Virus record (IMG/VR): IMGVR_UViG_3300035670_000026
Coordinates: 1-64,000 of that record
Strand: one strand, 5' to 3'
Origin: a virus
Length of the DNA stretch: 64,000 nucleotides
Of this stretch, positions 47,921-57,569 are shown piece after piece. Below the pieces are notes generated by a model. That model made no database searches, was not told where the DNA came from, and worked only from the letters and a program-made list of their open reading frames with translations. How positions within the stretch are numbered: the stretch's first letter is position 1; each line of letters starts with the position of its first letter. The translations under genes were made by a program, and so were the position numbers.

Positions 47921-48447
47921 AAATAGGTTTTTGCGGAACAATGTCAGTAGGTAAAACAACGCTTGTTAATGCGTTGAAAGAATTACCTGAATTTAAAGAT
48001 TATACATTTAGAACAGAACGTTCAAAGTATTTAATGGAATTAGGCATTCCTTTGAATACTGATTCAACATTAAAAGGTCAATGTATATTTCTAGCTGAAC
48101 GAGCTAGTGAATTAATGTGTGAAAATATTATTACAGATAGAACTGTAATTGATATTATTGCATTTACTAAAGCAGCTAAATCAATTGATTACCATGAAGC
48201 TGAAGATTTTATTGCTTTAGCCACACGTTTACTCCCCGAATATGATTATTTATTTTATGTTTCACCTGAAGGAGTAGACATAGAAGACAATGGGGTTCGT
48301 GAAACTGATCAAGAGTACCGCGAACTGATCGACTTTATTATAAAACATCAATTAAAGACACATAAGTGGAAGATTAAAAATTTAGTAAATATTAAAGGTT
48401 CTACTGAAGAACGTATTACACAGGTGAAATCTGTCCTTTCTTTATAA
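47917..48447 (+). CDS. AAA_28/NadR-like P-loop kinase
   Basis: GTMSVGKTT, ITDR, EDNGVR. Confidence 0.75.
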   Translation: MKIGFCGTMSVGKTTLVNALKELPEFKDYTFRTERSKYLMELGIPLNTDSTLKGQCIFLAERASELMCENIITDRTVIDIIAFTKAAKSIDYHEAEDFIALATRLLPEYDYLFYVSPEGVDIEDNGVRETDQEYRELIDFIIKHQLKTHKWKIKNLVNIKGSTEERITQVKSVLSL

Positions 48448-48469
48448 TATTTATATCCAAAATACTGCA

Positions 48470-48871
48470 ATGAAAAAATCAGAAGCTAAAGAATATATTA
48501 AAGAACTTATTATTTCTGAATTAACAGAAGTTGATACCGATAAAACTCGTGGTACTGTAGTAATGCCTAAAGCAGCTAACCCACAAGATATTAAAAAAAT
48601 GACTGATCAAGGTGTTGATGTAGAATTAAAAGAAGAAGAAGAAGATATTGAACCAACTGCAAAAGATATTGCAGCTAATGCTTCAATTGCTAAACTACAA
48701 TCTAAGTATAGTGAAGTAGTTAAACAAATGAAATCAGTAGTAAATAAGTACAAATCAGCTGAAGGTACTGAAAGACAAAAATATGTTGATCAATTAAAAG
48801 GTTTAACTAAGCTTAAAAAAGAATTAGAAGCTATGATTAATCCTTCTCTTGATGACGAAGATCAAGATTAA
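48470..48871 (+). CDS. Hypothetical protein
   Basis: MKKSEAKEYIKELIISE leader. Confidence 0.6.
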   Translation: MKKSEAKEYIKELIISELTEVDTDKTRGTVVMPKAANPQDIKKMTDQGVDVELKEEEEDIEPTAKDIAANASIAKLQSKYSEVVKQMKSVVNKYKSAEGTERQKYVDQLKGLTKLKKELEAMINPSLDDEDQD

Positions 48872-48874
48872 TTT

Positions 48875-49456
48875 ATGGATTTAAAAAAGGTTTTTAACAA
48901 TTTTCAAACAATACTAATAGTAGTATTAGTAATAATCATATTTTTAATGCGTGAATGTAGTGGAGGAAAATCCTCTACTACTCCTCGTATTGAACGAGAT
49001 ACAGTAATTGAATATGTTACTGTAACTAAGGAAACAAAAGTATACGTTCCTAAAATTAAAACTATAGTTAAAACTCGTATTGATAGTTTCTTAACACCTA
49101 TTGATACAACAGCTATTTTAGCTGATTATTATGCTGAAAAGTATTATGATGATGAACAAGAATTAGATAGTTTATATTTAGTAATTTTAGATACAGTAAC
49201 TCAAAATTCAATTACAGGAAGACAAATTAAATATACTTTAAAATATCCTATCAAAACAATTACAGTTAAAGAATATATTAACCAACGAGAATTATATTAT
49301 GGTGTAGGTTTAGATATTTCTACTCTTAATTATTTTGGAGGAGAACTATTTTACAGAACTAAAAAATCACAGGGATACGGCCTAAGTATTGGACTTAATA
49401 ATAAACTCCAACCAGTTGTAATGGGTCGTATGTACTGGAAATTAGGTAAAAAATGA
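48875..49456 (+). CDS. Membrane-anchored protein (spanin-like candidate)
   Basis: N-terminal TM/Cys, D(S/T) motifs, beta-rich C-terminus. Confidence 0.5.
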   Translation: MDLKKVFNNFQTILIVVLVIIIFLMRECSGGKSSTTPRIERDTVIEYVTVTKETKVYVPKIKTIVKTRIDSFLTPIDTTAILADYYAEKYYDDEQELDSLYLVILDTVTQNSITGRQIKYTLKYPIKTITVKEYINQRELYYGVGLDISTLNYFGGELFYRTKKSQGYGLSIGLNNKLQPVVMGRMYWKLGKK

Positions 49457-51021
49457 GCCAACCCGATTTAAGAAACATAATTCGTGAAGAATATTTAAAG
49501 TGTGCCCAAGATCCGGCTCACTTTATGAAAAAATACTGTCACATTCAACATCCTCAACGTGGCCGAGTATTATTTAATCTATATCCATTCCAAGAAAAAA
49601 CATTACGTTTATTTAGAGATAATCCATATTCAATTGTATTAAAATCTCGTCAATTAGGTATATCAACATTAGCTGCAGGTTATTCTTTATGGTTAATGTT
49701 GTTTCATAAAGATAAAAACGTACTTTGTATTGCAACTAAGCAAGAAACTGCTAAAAACATGGTTACAAAGGTTAAGTTTATGTTTGATAACTTACCTTCT
49801 TGGCTTAAAATCTCAGCAGACGAACATAATAAATTAACATTAAGACTAAGTAACGGATCACAAATCAAAGCTACCTCAGCAAGTAGTGATGCTGGTCGAT
49901 CAGAAGCAGTATCTTTACTAATTGTCGATGAGGCAGCGTTTATTGAACAAATTGGTGAGATTTGGGCTTCAGCTCAACAAACACTAGCAACTGGTGGTGG
50001 AGCAATAGTACTTTCAACTCCATATGGAACTGGAAACTGGTTTCATAAGACATGGGTATCAGCAGAATCAGCAGAAAATGATTTTTTACCTATCAAGTTA
50101 CCTTGGTATGTACACCCTGAAAGAGATGAATCTTGGAGAAAAAGACAAGATGAATTACTTGGTGACCCTAGATTAGCAGCACAAGAATGTGATTGTGATT
50201 TTAGTACATCTGGTGATGTAGTATTTTACCCTGAATGGGTTGAATTTTTAAAACAAACAACAATTAAAGATCCATTAGAGCGAAGAGGTACTGATCAAAA
50301 TTTATGGGTATGGGAACCAGCAGACTATACACGTGAATATATAGTAGTAGCTGACGTAGCCAGAGGTGATGGTAAAGACTCTTCCGCTTGTCATGTAATT
50401 GATATAGCAACTAATACACAAGTTGCTGAGTATAAAGGACAGCTTTCACCTAAAGAATATGGTTATTTTTTAGTAGGTTTAGCTTCCGAATATAATAATG
50501 CAATGCTAGTAGTAGAAAATGCCTCAATTGGTTGGGCAACACTAGATGCTATTATTGAAAGAAATTATCGTAACCTTTACCATTCACCAAAATCTGATCA
50601 ATTAACCGCAGATTCCTATTTAAGGGTATTTGAAGGAAATTCAGATATGACTCCTGGTTTTACAATGTCTTTGAGAACAAGACCATTAGTTATAAATAAA
50701 TTTAGAGAGTATGTTGGTGATCGTTCTGTAACAATTCGTTCAAAAAGATTGTTAGAAGAAATGAAAGTGTTTATTTGGAAAAACGGACGACCAGAAGCAC
50801 AATCAGGTTATAATGATGATTTAGTAATGTCTTTTGGTATAGCAATGTTTTTAAGAGATACTTCACTGAAATTCCAACAACAATCTCATGATATGACTCG
50901 AGCTACACTTGGTAATATGAGTAAAAGTACGTATGTTGGTGCTTACAACCCCAATGCTCCTAAAAATCCATATCAAATAAAAACAGATGGTGGATTTGAG
51001 GATATAAAATGGTTGTTATAA
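49453..51021 (+). CDS. terL: Terminase large subunit (gp17-like)
   Basis: LYPFQ, KSRQLGIST, IVDEAAF, STPYG, ADVARGDGKDSS, NDDLVMS. Confidence 0.95.
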   Translation: MSQPDLRNIIREEYLKCAQDPAHFMKKYCHIQHPQRGRVLFNLYPFQEKTLRLFRDNPYSIVLKSRQLGISTLAAGYSLWLMLFHKDKNVLCIATKQETAKNMVTKVKFMFDNLPSWLKISADEHNKLTLRLSNGSQIKATSASSDAGRSEAVSLLIVDEAAFIEQIGEIWASAQQTLATGGGAIVLSTPYGTGNWFHKTWVSAESAENDFLPIKLPWYVHPERDESWRKRQDELLGDPRLAAQECDCDFSTSGDVVFYPEWVEFLKQTTIKDPLERRGTDQNLWVWEPADYTREYIVVADVARGDGKDSSACHVIDIATNTQVAEYKGQLSPKEYGYFLVGLASEYNNAMLVVENASIGWATLDAIIERNYRNLYHSPKSDQLTADSYLRVFEGNSDMTPGFTMSLRTRPLVINKFREYVGDRSVTIRSKRLLEEMKVFIWKNGRPEAQSGYNDDLVMSFGIAMFLRDTSLKFQQQSHDMTRATLGNMSKSTYVGAYNPNAPKNPYQIKTDGGFEDIKWLL

Positions 51022-51049
51022 TATTTATACATATATAATTAAATAAAAG

Positions 51050-52948
51050 ATGGCAGATACTAGTTTATTCACCCGATTACAACGACTGTTTTCAACAGAC
51101 GTTATTATTAGAAATGTGGGTGGCAACGAATTAAAAGTAATGGATGTTGATTCAATTCAACGTTCAGGTGATATAGCCACTAATTCATTAATGGATAGAT
51201 ATAATCGCTTATACTCTCCAGCATCAACTTCATTGTTGGGAGCCCAGTTAAATATTAACTGGCAGTATATGAGAACAATGGTATATTCAGATTATGATAA
51301 CATGGATTATGATGCTATTATTGCCTCTGCTCTTGATATTATTTCTGATGAAAGTACCTTAAAGAATGATATGGGAGAGGTACTTCATATTAAATCTAAT
51401 AATGAAGATATTCAACAAGTTTTATACAATTTATTTTATGATGTACTAAACATCGAGTTTAATTTATGGTCTTGGATTCGCCAAATGTGTAAGTACGGAG
51501 ACTTTTTCTTAAAAATGGAAATTGCTGAAAAATTTGGTGTTTATAATGTAATTCCTTATACTGCTTTCCATATTGAAAGACAAGAAAACTACGATAGAGA
51601 ACACCCAAATGCTGTAAGATTTAGATACTCCCCAGAAGGTATTTATGCTGGTGGTTCTGGTTATTATGGTGTTCCTAATACTTTTGATAGAGATAAAGAA
51701 AATGGCATTTATTTTGATAATTATGAAATGGCTCATTTTAGATTATTAACTGATGTTAATTATCTCCCTTATGGTCGTTCATATCTGGAACCCGCTCGTC
51801 GTATTTTTAAACAATATGCTTTAATGGAAGATGCTATGTTAATTCATAGAATTTCTCGTAGTCCAGACCGTCGTATTTTTTATATTAATGTTGGTTCTAT
51901 TCCCCCAAACGAGGTAGAAAATTTCATGCAGAAGACAATTTCTACAATGAAACGTACTCCATTAATGGATAGTCAAACTGGTGAATATAATCTAAAATAT
52001 AATCAACAAAACTTATTAGAAGATTTTTACATTCCTATTCGTGGAAATGACACATCAACTAAAATCGAAACTACTCCAGGTTTACAATATGATGGTATTC
52101 AAGATGTTACTTATTTAAGAGATAAATTATTTGCTGCCCTTAAGGTGCCTAAAGCATTTATGGGTTATGAAAAAGATTTAACTGGTAAAGCAACATTAGC
52201 GGCCGAAGATATTCGTTTTGCTCGCACAATTGACCGTATACAACGCATTGTCCTATCAGAATTATATAAGATCGCATTAGTTCACTTATATTCGCAAGGT
52301 TACACTGGAGAAGAATTAACTAATTTTGAATTAGATTTAACAGGTCCTTCAATCATCTATGATCAGGAAAAAATTGCATTGTTAACTCAAAAAGTAGATT
52401 TAGCTCAAAAGATTATGGAAACTAAATTGTTACCAACAGACTGGATTTACGATAATATTTTCAATTTCAGCCAAGATGAATTTGATGAATACAGAGATTT
52501 ATTAGCTGAAGACCAAAAACGTGCTTTTAGATACAAACAATTAGAAGAAGAAGGTAATGATCCTAAAGTAACAGGTCGTTCATATGGTACACCACATGAT
52601 TTAGCATCTTTATATGGTAAAGGAAGAATGTATTCTGAACCAGAAAACGTTCCTGTAGGATATGGGGATGATTTGAAAATGGGTCGTCCTGAAGAAAAAT
52701 CTACTAACCGTAATACTCAAAATGATAATTTTGGCAAAGACAGATTAGGTGCAAGAGGAATGAAAAAAGATGATAATGAATCAGATTCAATCCGCCCTCA
52801 ATATAAAGGTGATTCACCTTTAGCACTTGAAGCAAAGCAAGTTTATCTTAAAAATAAAACATTAATTGAAAATGTCGTAAAGAAAATTTCATTTAATGAA
52901 GATAAACCGAAAGATTCATTGTTAGATGAAAGTCAAATAAGGGAGTAA
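51050..52948 (+). CDS. Portal protein (gp20-like)
   Basis: MEDAMLIHRISRSPDRRIFYINVG; LEDFYIP; ALKVPKA. Confidence 0.92.
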   Translation: MADTSLFTRLQRLFSTDVIIRNVGGNELKVMDVDSIQRSGDIATNSLMDRYNRLYSPASTSLLGAQLNINWQYMRTMVYSDYDNMDYDAIIASALDIISDESTLKNDMGEVLHIKSNNEDIQQVLYNLFYDVLNIEFNLWSWIRQMCKYGDFFLKMEIAEKFGVYNVIPYTAFHIERQENYDREHPNAVRFRYSPEGIYAGGSGYYGVPNTFDRDKENGIYFDNYEMAHFRLLTDVNYLPYGRSYLEPARRIFKQYALMEDAMLIHRISRSPDRRIFYINVGSIPPNEVENFMQKTISTMKRTPLMDSQTGEYNLKYNQQNLLEDFYIPIRGNDTSTKIETTPGLQYDGIQDVTYLRDKLFAALKVPKAFMGYEKDLTGKATLAAEDIRFARTIDRIQRIVLSELYKIALVHLYSQGYTGEELTNFELDLTGPSIIYDQEKIALLTQKVDLAQKIMETKLLPTDWIYDNIFNFSQDEFDEYRDLLAEDQKRAFRYKQLEEEGNDPKVTGRSYGTPHDLASLYGKGRMYSEPENVPVGYGDDLKMGRPEEKSTNRNTQNDNFGKDRLGARGMKKDDNESDSIRPQYKGDSPLALEAKQVYLKNKTLIENVVKKISFNEDKPKDSLLDESQIRE

Positions 52949-52982
52949 GAATCTCTATATATTTATAATAAAACCTATAGGA

Positions 52983-53840
52983 ATGAATATTAAACATTCT
53001 AAGTATAAGAATACTGGAATTCTATTTGAATTGCTTGTTAGACAAATCACTGCTGATACATTGTCTGGCAAGGATTCAAAGGCAACGAGTATTCTAAAAA
53101 AATACTTTGTTAAAACAGAATTAGGAAGAGAATATAAATTATATGAAACTCTATCCAAACATAAAAATTTAACCGAGGGTAAAGCAGAAGTTGTAATCAA
53201 TTCAGTTATCGAATCGTCTAAAAACCTAAATAGAGGTACATTAAAAAGACAAAAATATAACTTAATTAAAGAAATTTCAAATTATTATAATTTAGAAGAG
53301 TTTTTTAAAACTAAATTACCTAATTATAAAATACACGCTGCTTTATATACTTTAGTTGAAATTTATAACAGTGAAAATTTATCTAATCCTGATCAAATTA
53401 TTTCAAACAAAATTGCTATTTTAGAAAGTTTAACAACTAAACAAGTTAATAAGCAAAAAGTTGAAAATGATTTATTAACAGAATTTCAATCATATGATAA
53501 GGATTTACGTATTTTAACCTATAAAGTTTTATTAGAAAAATTTAATGGTAAATACGAATCGCTAAACGATAATCAAAAATCAGTTTTAAAAGAATTTATT
53601 AATTCAGTTGACTCAACTCCAAAATTAAAAGAATTTTACAATACTAAAATTGGAGAAATTAAAGAGGAAATAAATAAGTTAGCCAAAACAGTTACTAATA
53701 AAGCAATTCAAATAAAATTGAATGAAGTAGCTAATTTACTTTCTCCATTAGGTAAAACAGTAAATGTTGGGGATGATGAATTAGTAAATTTGTTACAATA
53801 TTATGCATTATTAGAAGAACTTGTTAAATCAAATGGCTAA
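52983..53840 (+). CDS. Conserved head-module hypothetical protein
   Basis: KHSKYKNTGILFELL; between portal and protease. Confidence 0.6.
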   Translation: MNIKHSKYKNTGILFELLVRQITADTLSGKDSKATSILKKYFVKTELGREYKLYETLSKHKNLTEGKAEVVINSVIESSKNLNRGTLKRQKYNLIKEISNYYNLEEFFKTKLPNYKIHAALYTLVEIYNSENLSNPDQIISNKIAILESLTTKQVNKQKVENDLLTEFQSYDKDLRILTYKVLLEKFNGKYESLNDNQKSVLKEFINSVDSTPKLKEFYNTKIGEIKEEINKLAKTVTNKAIQIKLNEVANLLSPLGKTVNVGDDELVNLLQYYALLEELVKSNG

Positions 53841-54687
53841 TTTTAAATACAAATTAAAAGAACTAGAAGTTGGTGATGTAGAATATGGTAAAGGTACCAA
53901 ATCTACAGTTACTGATATTGATCCTGAAACAGGTAGAATTACATGGAATATTGAAGATGCTCCTGATTTTAGTTCTGTATTTAAAAATTTAAAGAAAGCT
54001 AAAGAATTTATGGATACTTTAGCTCGCAGTAAAGATGTTCGTGGTGATTCAACAATGTTAAAAATCCAACAAGATTTAACTAAAATATTTAATGAATTAC
54101 GCACTCATGTAAGAAAAAATTATCCTGATGAATATACTAGGATTAAAATGATAGCAGAAGATAATACTATTGCTTCTAATTCAGGATTTATTTCAGGTGG
54201 AGAAGGTGAAAATCATACAGGTCCTTCCCCTCGTAAATCAACATATGGAGCTTATACACAAGCTGGATATAAAAAAGTAAATGAAGGTCCGGGCGCAACA
54301 TTAGGTCCTGGTCCTAAAGCAGGTCCTGAAGGTGTAACAGATAATGTTTATGTTAAAGACTTTAAATACAAATTAGTTAATCAAAAAGAACTAAATAAAA
54401 AAGCTAAAGGTATTGAAGTTAAACGAGTAATGGAAGTAACAGATATTGAAAATTTCCTTAATGATATAAACATTACAGACCCTGATAAAAGAAAATTTAT
54501 CATAGATAGATTAGAAGGATTTGATACATTAGAAGAAAAATTAAATGCTTTAATCCCTTTACTACAATCAGCAAAACATGAAACTATGGATTATTACAGA
54601 GCAAATCCAAATTCATTTGCTGTAGTATACGGAACAGATTTAGCAAATGATTATTTAAACGATTTAATAGATTTATTTAAAAAATAA
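53833..54687 (+). CDS. Hypothetical head-module protein
   Basis: Start at ATG 53833. Confidence 0.55.
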   Translation: MANFKYKLKELEVGDVEYGKGTKSTVTDIDPETGRITWNIEDAPDFSSVFKNLKKAKEFMDTLARSKDVRGDSTMLKIQQDLTKIFNELRTHVRKNYPDEYTRIKMIAEDNTIASNSGFISGGEGENHTGPSPRKSTYGAYTQAGYKKVNEGPGATLGPGPKAGPEGVTDNVYVKDFKYKLVNQKELNKKAKGIEVKRVMEVTDIENFLNDINITDPDKRKFIIDRLEGFDTLEEKLNALIPLLQSAKHETMDYYRANPNSFAVVYGTDLANDYLNDLIDLFKK

Positions 54688-54694
54688 TAATAAT

Positions 54695-54922
54695 ATGGCA
54701 AATATACCAGCAAACGCACTTGGAGTAGTAACCACAACATCTGTAACAGGCAGTTTTGCCGGTTTTACAGTAGTATCAGGTTCAGCTACTATTACAGGTT
54801 TAAAAGATGCTAATAATGTAGAATTAGCAGCTACAGATTGGGTTATACCAGCAGGATTTACTATCCCTATCTATGTAACTAGCGCTTCTCTTTCATCAGG
54901 AGCAATAATGCTTTACCCTTAA
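54695..54922 (+). CDS. Small putative virion protein
   Basis: S/T/G-rich beta protein. Confidence 0.5.
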   Translation: MANIPANALGVVTTTSVTGSFAGFTVVSGSATITGLKDANNVELAATDWVIPAGFTIPIYVTSASLSSGAIMLYP

Positions 54923-54934
54923 TATTTATAACAA

Positions 54935-55543
54935 ATGAAAACACTACAACAAGAATATCAACTTATAAAAGAGGGAAAAGGTAATAAAGACCATTTCCTT
55001 AAAATGGCTAGAAATATGTTTCCTGAATATATTGCTCATGGAAATGATTTTAATGCTGCTGTATCTATTTTAAAAAGTAAAAGTCTTTTAAGTGAAGCAG
55101 TAGGTGGTGTAGTAACTTTATCAACTCAACCTAACTGGTTTAAAATCTTTAATGATAATATTGCTGAAGCAGTAGGTGTTAAAGATAAAAAAGAGTATGG
55201 TGATCAAAATACATTTGAAAAAATTGATAAAGATGTAGCTAAAGATTTAGCAAATCAATTTGATAATAATAACCCTAAAAATATTGATAACCTTTATGGT
55301 CAATCATTTTTATTAGGTTATTTAACAGAAATGGGTGATCCTAAAAATGCTAAAAAAACAGTTGATGAATTAAAAGATATTGTAGCTAAAAACATGGCTA
55401 AAGATATCAATTACTACCATACAAATGCTTCATTCGGTGTTAAAGGAATTGGATACACTAAAGATTCAGTTGGAATGGGTGAACCTAAAGCACTAAAAGG
55501 AAAATATAAATCAAGTGGCTACGGCGATTTAGATAAAAAATAA
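54935..55543 (+). CDS. Hypothetical head-module protein
   Basis: MKTLQQEYQLIKE leader. Confidence 0.55.
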   Translation: MKTLQQEYQLIKEGKGNKDHFLKMARNMFPEYIAHGNDFNAAVSILKSKSLLSEAVGGVVTLSTQPNWFKIFNDNIAEAVGVKDKKEYGDQNTFEKIDKDVAKDLANQFDNNNPKNIDNLYGQSFLLGYLTEMGDPKNAKKTVDELKDIVAKNMAKDINYYHTNASFGVKGIGYTKDSVGMGEPKALKGKYKSSGYGDLDKK

Positions 55544-55546
55544 TTC

Positions 55547-56152
55547 ATGAAACAAGTATTAATTGAAACAATTCCGTTTTCAGTTGCTCCCATACAACTA
55601 ACTGAAGGTTTAAAAGCACCTTCTGGTAATCCTTTAGTTGAAGGAATACTTGCTACAGCTGAAGTTAAAAACGGAAACGGAAGATATTATCCTAGAGAAT
55701 TATGGGATAGAGAAATTAGTAAGTATACTGAAATTGTTAAAGAAAATAGAGCAACAGGTGAATTAGATCACCCTGATTCTTCAATTATTAACCTTAAAAA
55801 CGTATCACATATTATTAGAGATATTTGGTGGGACGGAGATAAGGTAATGGGTAAGTTAGAAATTTTACCTACCGTTTCTGGTAATATTTTAAAAGCATTA
55901 ATCGAAAACAATGTAACAGTAGGTGTATCATCTCGTGGTATGGGTTCATTAAAACAAATTGGTGAAACCTTAGAAGTACAAGATGATTTTGAATTACTTT
56001 GCTGGGATTTTGTTTCAACTCCTTCTAATCCAGGTTCATATATGCATTTGGTAAAAGAAGGTAAAGAATATATTGAAAAAGACGATTTTGCAAAAGTAAA
56101 TTCTATATTAACAGAAATACTTTGCGCTAATGGGACTTGTCCCGTTTTCTAA
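55547..56152 (+). CDS. Prohead protease (gp21-like)
   Basis: KNGNGRYY, GELDHP, VSHII, GVSSRGMGS, DFVSTPS. Confidence 0.92.
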   Translation: MKQVLIETIPFSVAPIQLTEGLKAPSGNPLVEGILATAEVKNGNGRYYPRELWDREISKYTEIVKENRATGELDHPDSSIINLKNVSHIIRDIWWDGDKVMGKLEILPTVSGNILKALIENNVTVGVSSRGMGSLKQIGETLEVQDDFELLCWDFVSTPSNPGSYMHLVKEGKEYIEKDDFAKVNSILTEILCANGTCPVF

Positions 56153-56183
56153 GACGCCTGCTACCTTAGGCATTTTAAACCGT

Positions 56184-56226
56184 ACCCGTAAGCATACCAT
56201 AAGAACTGCTTGCGGGTCTTTTTTTT
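56184..56226 (+). terminator. Intrinsic terminator after the protease gene
   Basis: ACCCGTAAGCA/TGCTTGCGGGT plus T-tract. Confidence 0.75.
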
Positions 56227-56374
56227 CCACAATAGGCGACTTTAAAAAATTTTCATATATGTATATTCGTAATATGCGATTTTCTTATATCGCATCACGC
56301 TAATAAATTTTATTACGCTTCGACAATCGTCACTAATAAGCGTATTTCCAACATTTAATTTGAGGACAAAAAGT

Positions 56375-57535
56375 ATGAACAGAGATCTGCTAAAAGAAGC
56401 AATCGCTGATGCAAAAGCTGTTAAAGAAACTGCTATTGCAAATGCAAAAGCTGCTTTGGAAGAAGCGTTTACTCCCTATTTGAAAGAAAAGTTAGCTGCA
56501 AAGTTAGCTGAAATGGATGATATGGAAGAAGCCGAAATCGAAGAAGCTAAAAAAGAAGAGAAAGACATGAAGGAAGGTTACGACATGGACGAATCTTATG
56601 AAATGGAAGAAGCCAATGACAAAAAAGGGTACGAAGGCCAAATGGGCAAGAAAAAATTAGGTACCAAAGAAATGTCAGAAGCTAATGAAATGGAAGAAGG
56701 TAAAGACCTTGACGAAATGGACCTTGATGAACTTCTTAGAGAACTTGATGATATGGAAGAAGGAAAAAAAGAAGACGTAATGGAAGGTGAAGATGACCTC
56801 ATCAACGATCCCAAAGGACCTACAGCACATGGTAATGTTGCTGAAGAGGAAGAAATGGAAATGGGTGAAGAAGATGAAGAAATCGATCTTGAAAATATGT
56901 CTGAAGATGACCTAAAATCATTCATCGAATCAGTAATCGCTGATATGGTAGCCGCTGGGGAACTAGAAGGCGAAGTTAAAGGCGAAGAAGGTGAAGAAGA
57001 AGAAGTTGAAGCTTCTGAAGAAGAAGAAGTAAACATTGACGAATTGGTAGCCGAGTTAGAGGAAAGAAAAAAGTACGGTGGTAATAAAGGAGACGTTCCT
57101 GCTGCTAAACGTGGTGACAAAAAAGACACTGCTGAAGAAGAAGGCGTTGAAGACTACAAGAAAAAAGTTAAAGAAATGAAACATGAACTTGAAGAAGCTT
57201 ATGCCGCTCTTGAAACTGTAAAATCTGACCTTAATGAAGTTAATTTGTTAAATGCTAAATTACTTTACACTAACAAAATCTTTAGAGCTAAAAACTTAAC
57301 TGAATCACAGAAAGTAAAAGTATTGGAAGCTTTTGATAAAGCAACCACAGTAAAAGAAACTAAATTAGTCTACGAAACATTATCAGGTGAAGTTAAAACA
57401 ACTAAATCTCCGGTAACTGAATCTATGATTGGTGGTGCTTCTAAAGCTGCAGGTGTTGCTCTAACAAAGAAACCAATTCTAGAAGTTAACGATCAATTTG
57501 CTAGATGGCAAACGTTAGCCGGTATTAAAAAATAA
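56375..57535 (+). CDS. Prohead core scaffold protein (gp22-like)
   Basis: Very acidic coiled coil located between protease and capsid; start at ATG 56375. Confidence 0.8.
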   Translation: MNRDLLKEAIADAKAVKETAIANAKAALEEAFTPYLKEKLAAKLAEMDDMEEAEIEEAKKEEKDMKEGYDMDESYEMEEANDKKGYEGQMGKKKLGTKEMSEANEMEEGKDLDEMDLDELLRELDDMEEGKKEDVMEGEDDLINDPKGPTAHGNVAEEEEMEMGEEDEEIDLENMSEDDLKSFIESVIADMVAAGELEGEVKGEEGEEEEVEASEEEEVNIDELVAELEERKKYGGNKGDVPAAKRGDKKDTAEEEGVEDYKKKVKEMKHELEEAYAALETVKSDLNEVNLLNAKLLYTNKIFRAKNLTESQKVKVLEAFDKATTVKETKLVYETLSGEVKTTKSPVTESMIGGASKAAGVALTKKPILEVNDQFARWQTLAGIKK

Positions 57536-57569
57536 TTTAAACCAAATTTAAAAAACAAAAACAAAAAAA

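Noticed and set aside
270-57129. Short minus-strand ORFs throughout (for example 29206-29571, 38052-38366, 56596-57129)
   Set aside because: Antisense shadows of plus-strand genes with no recognisable motifs
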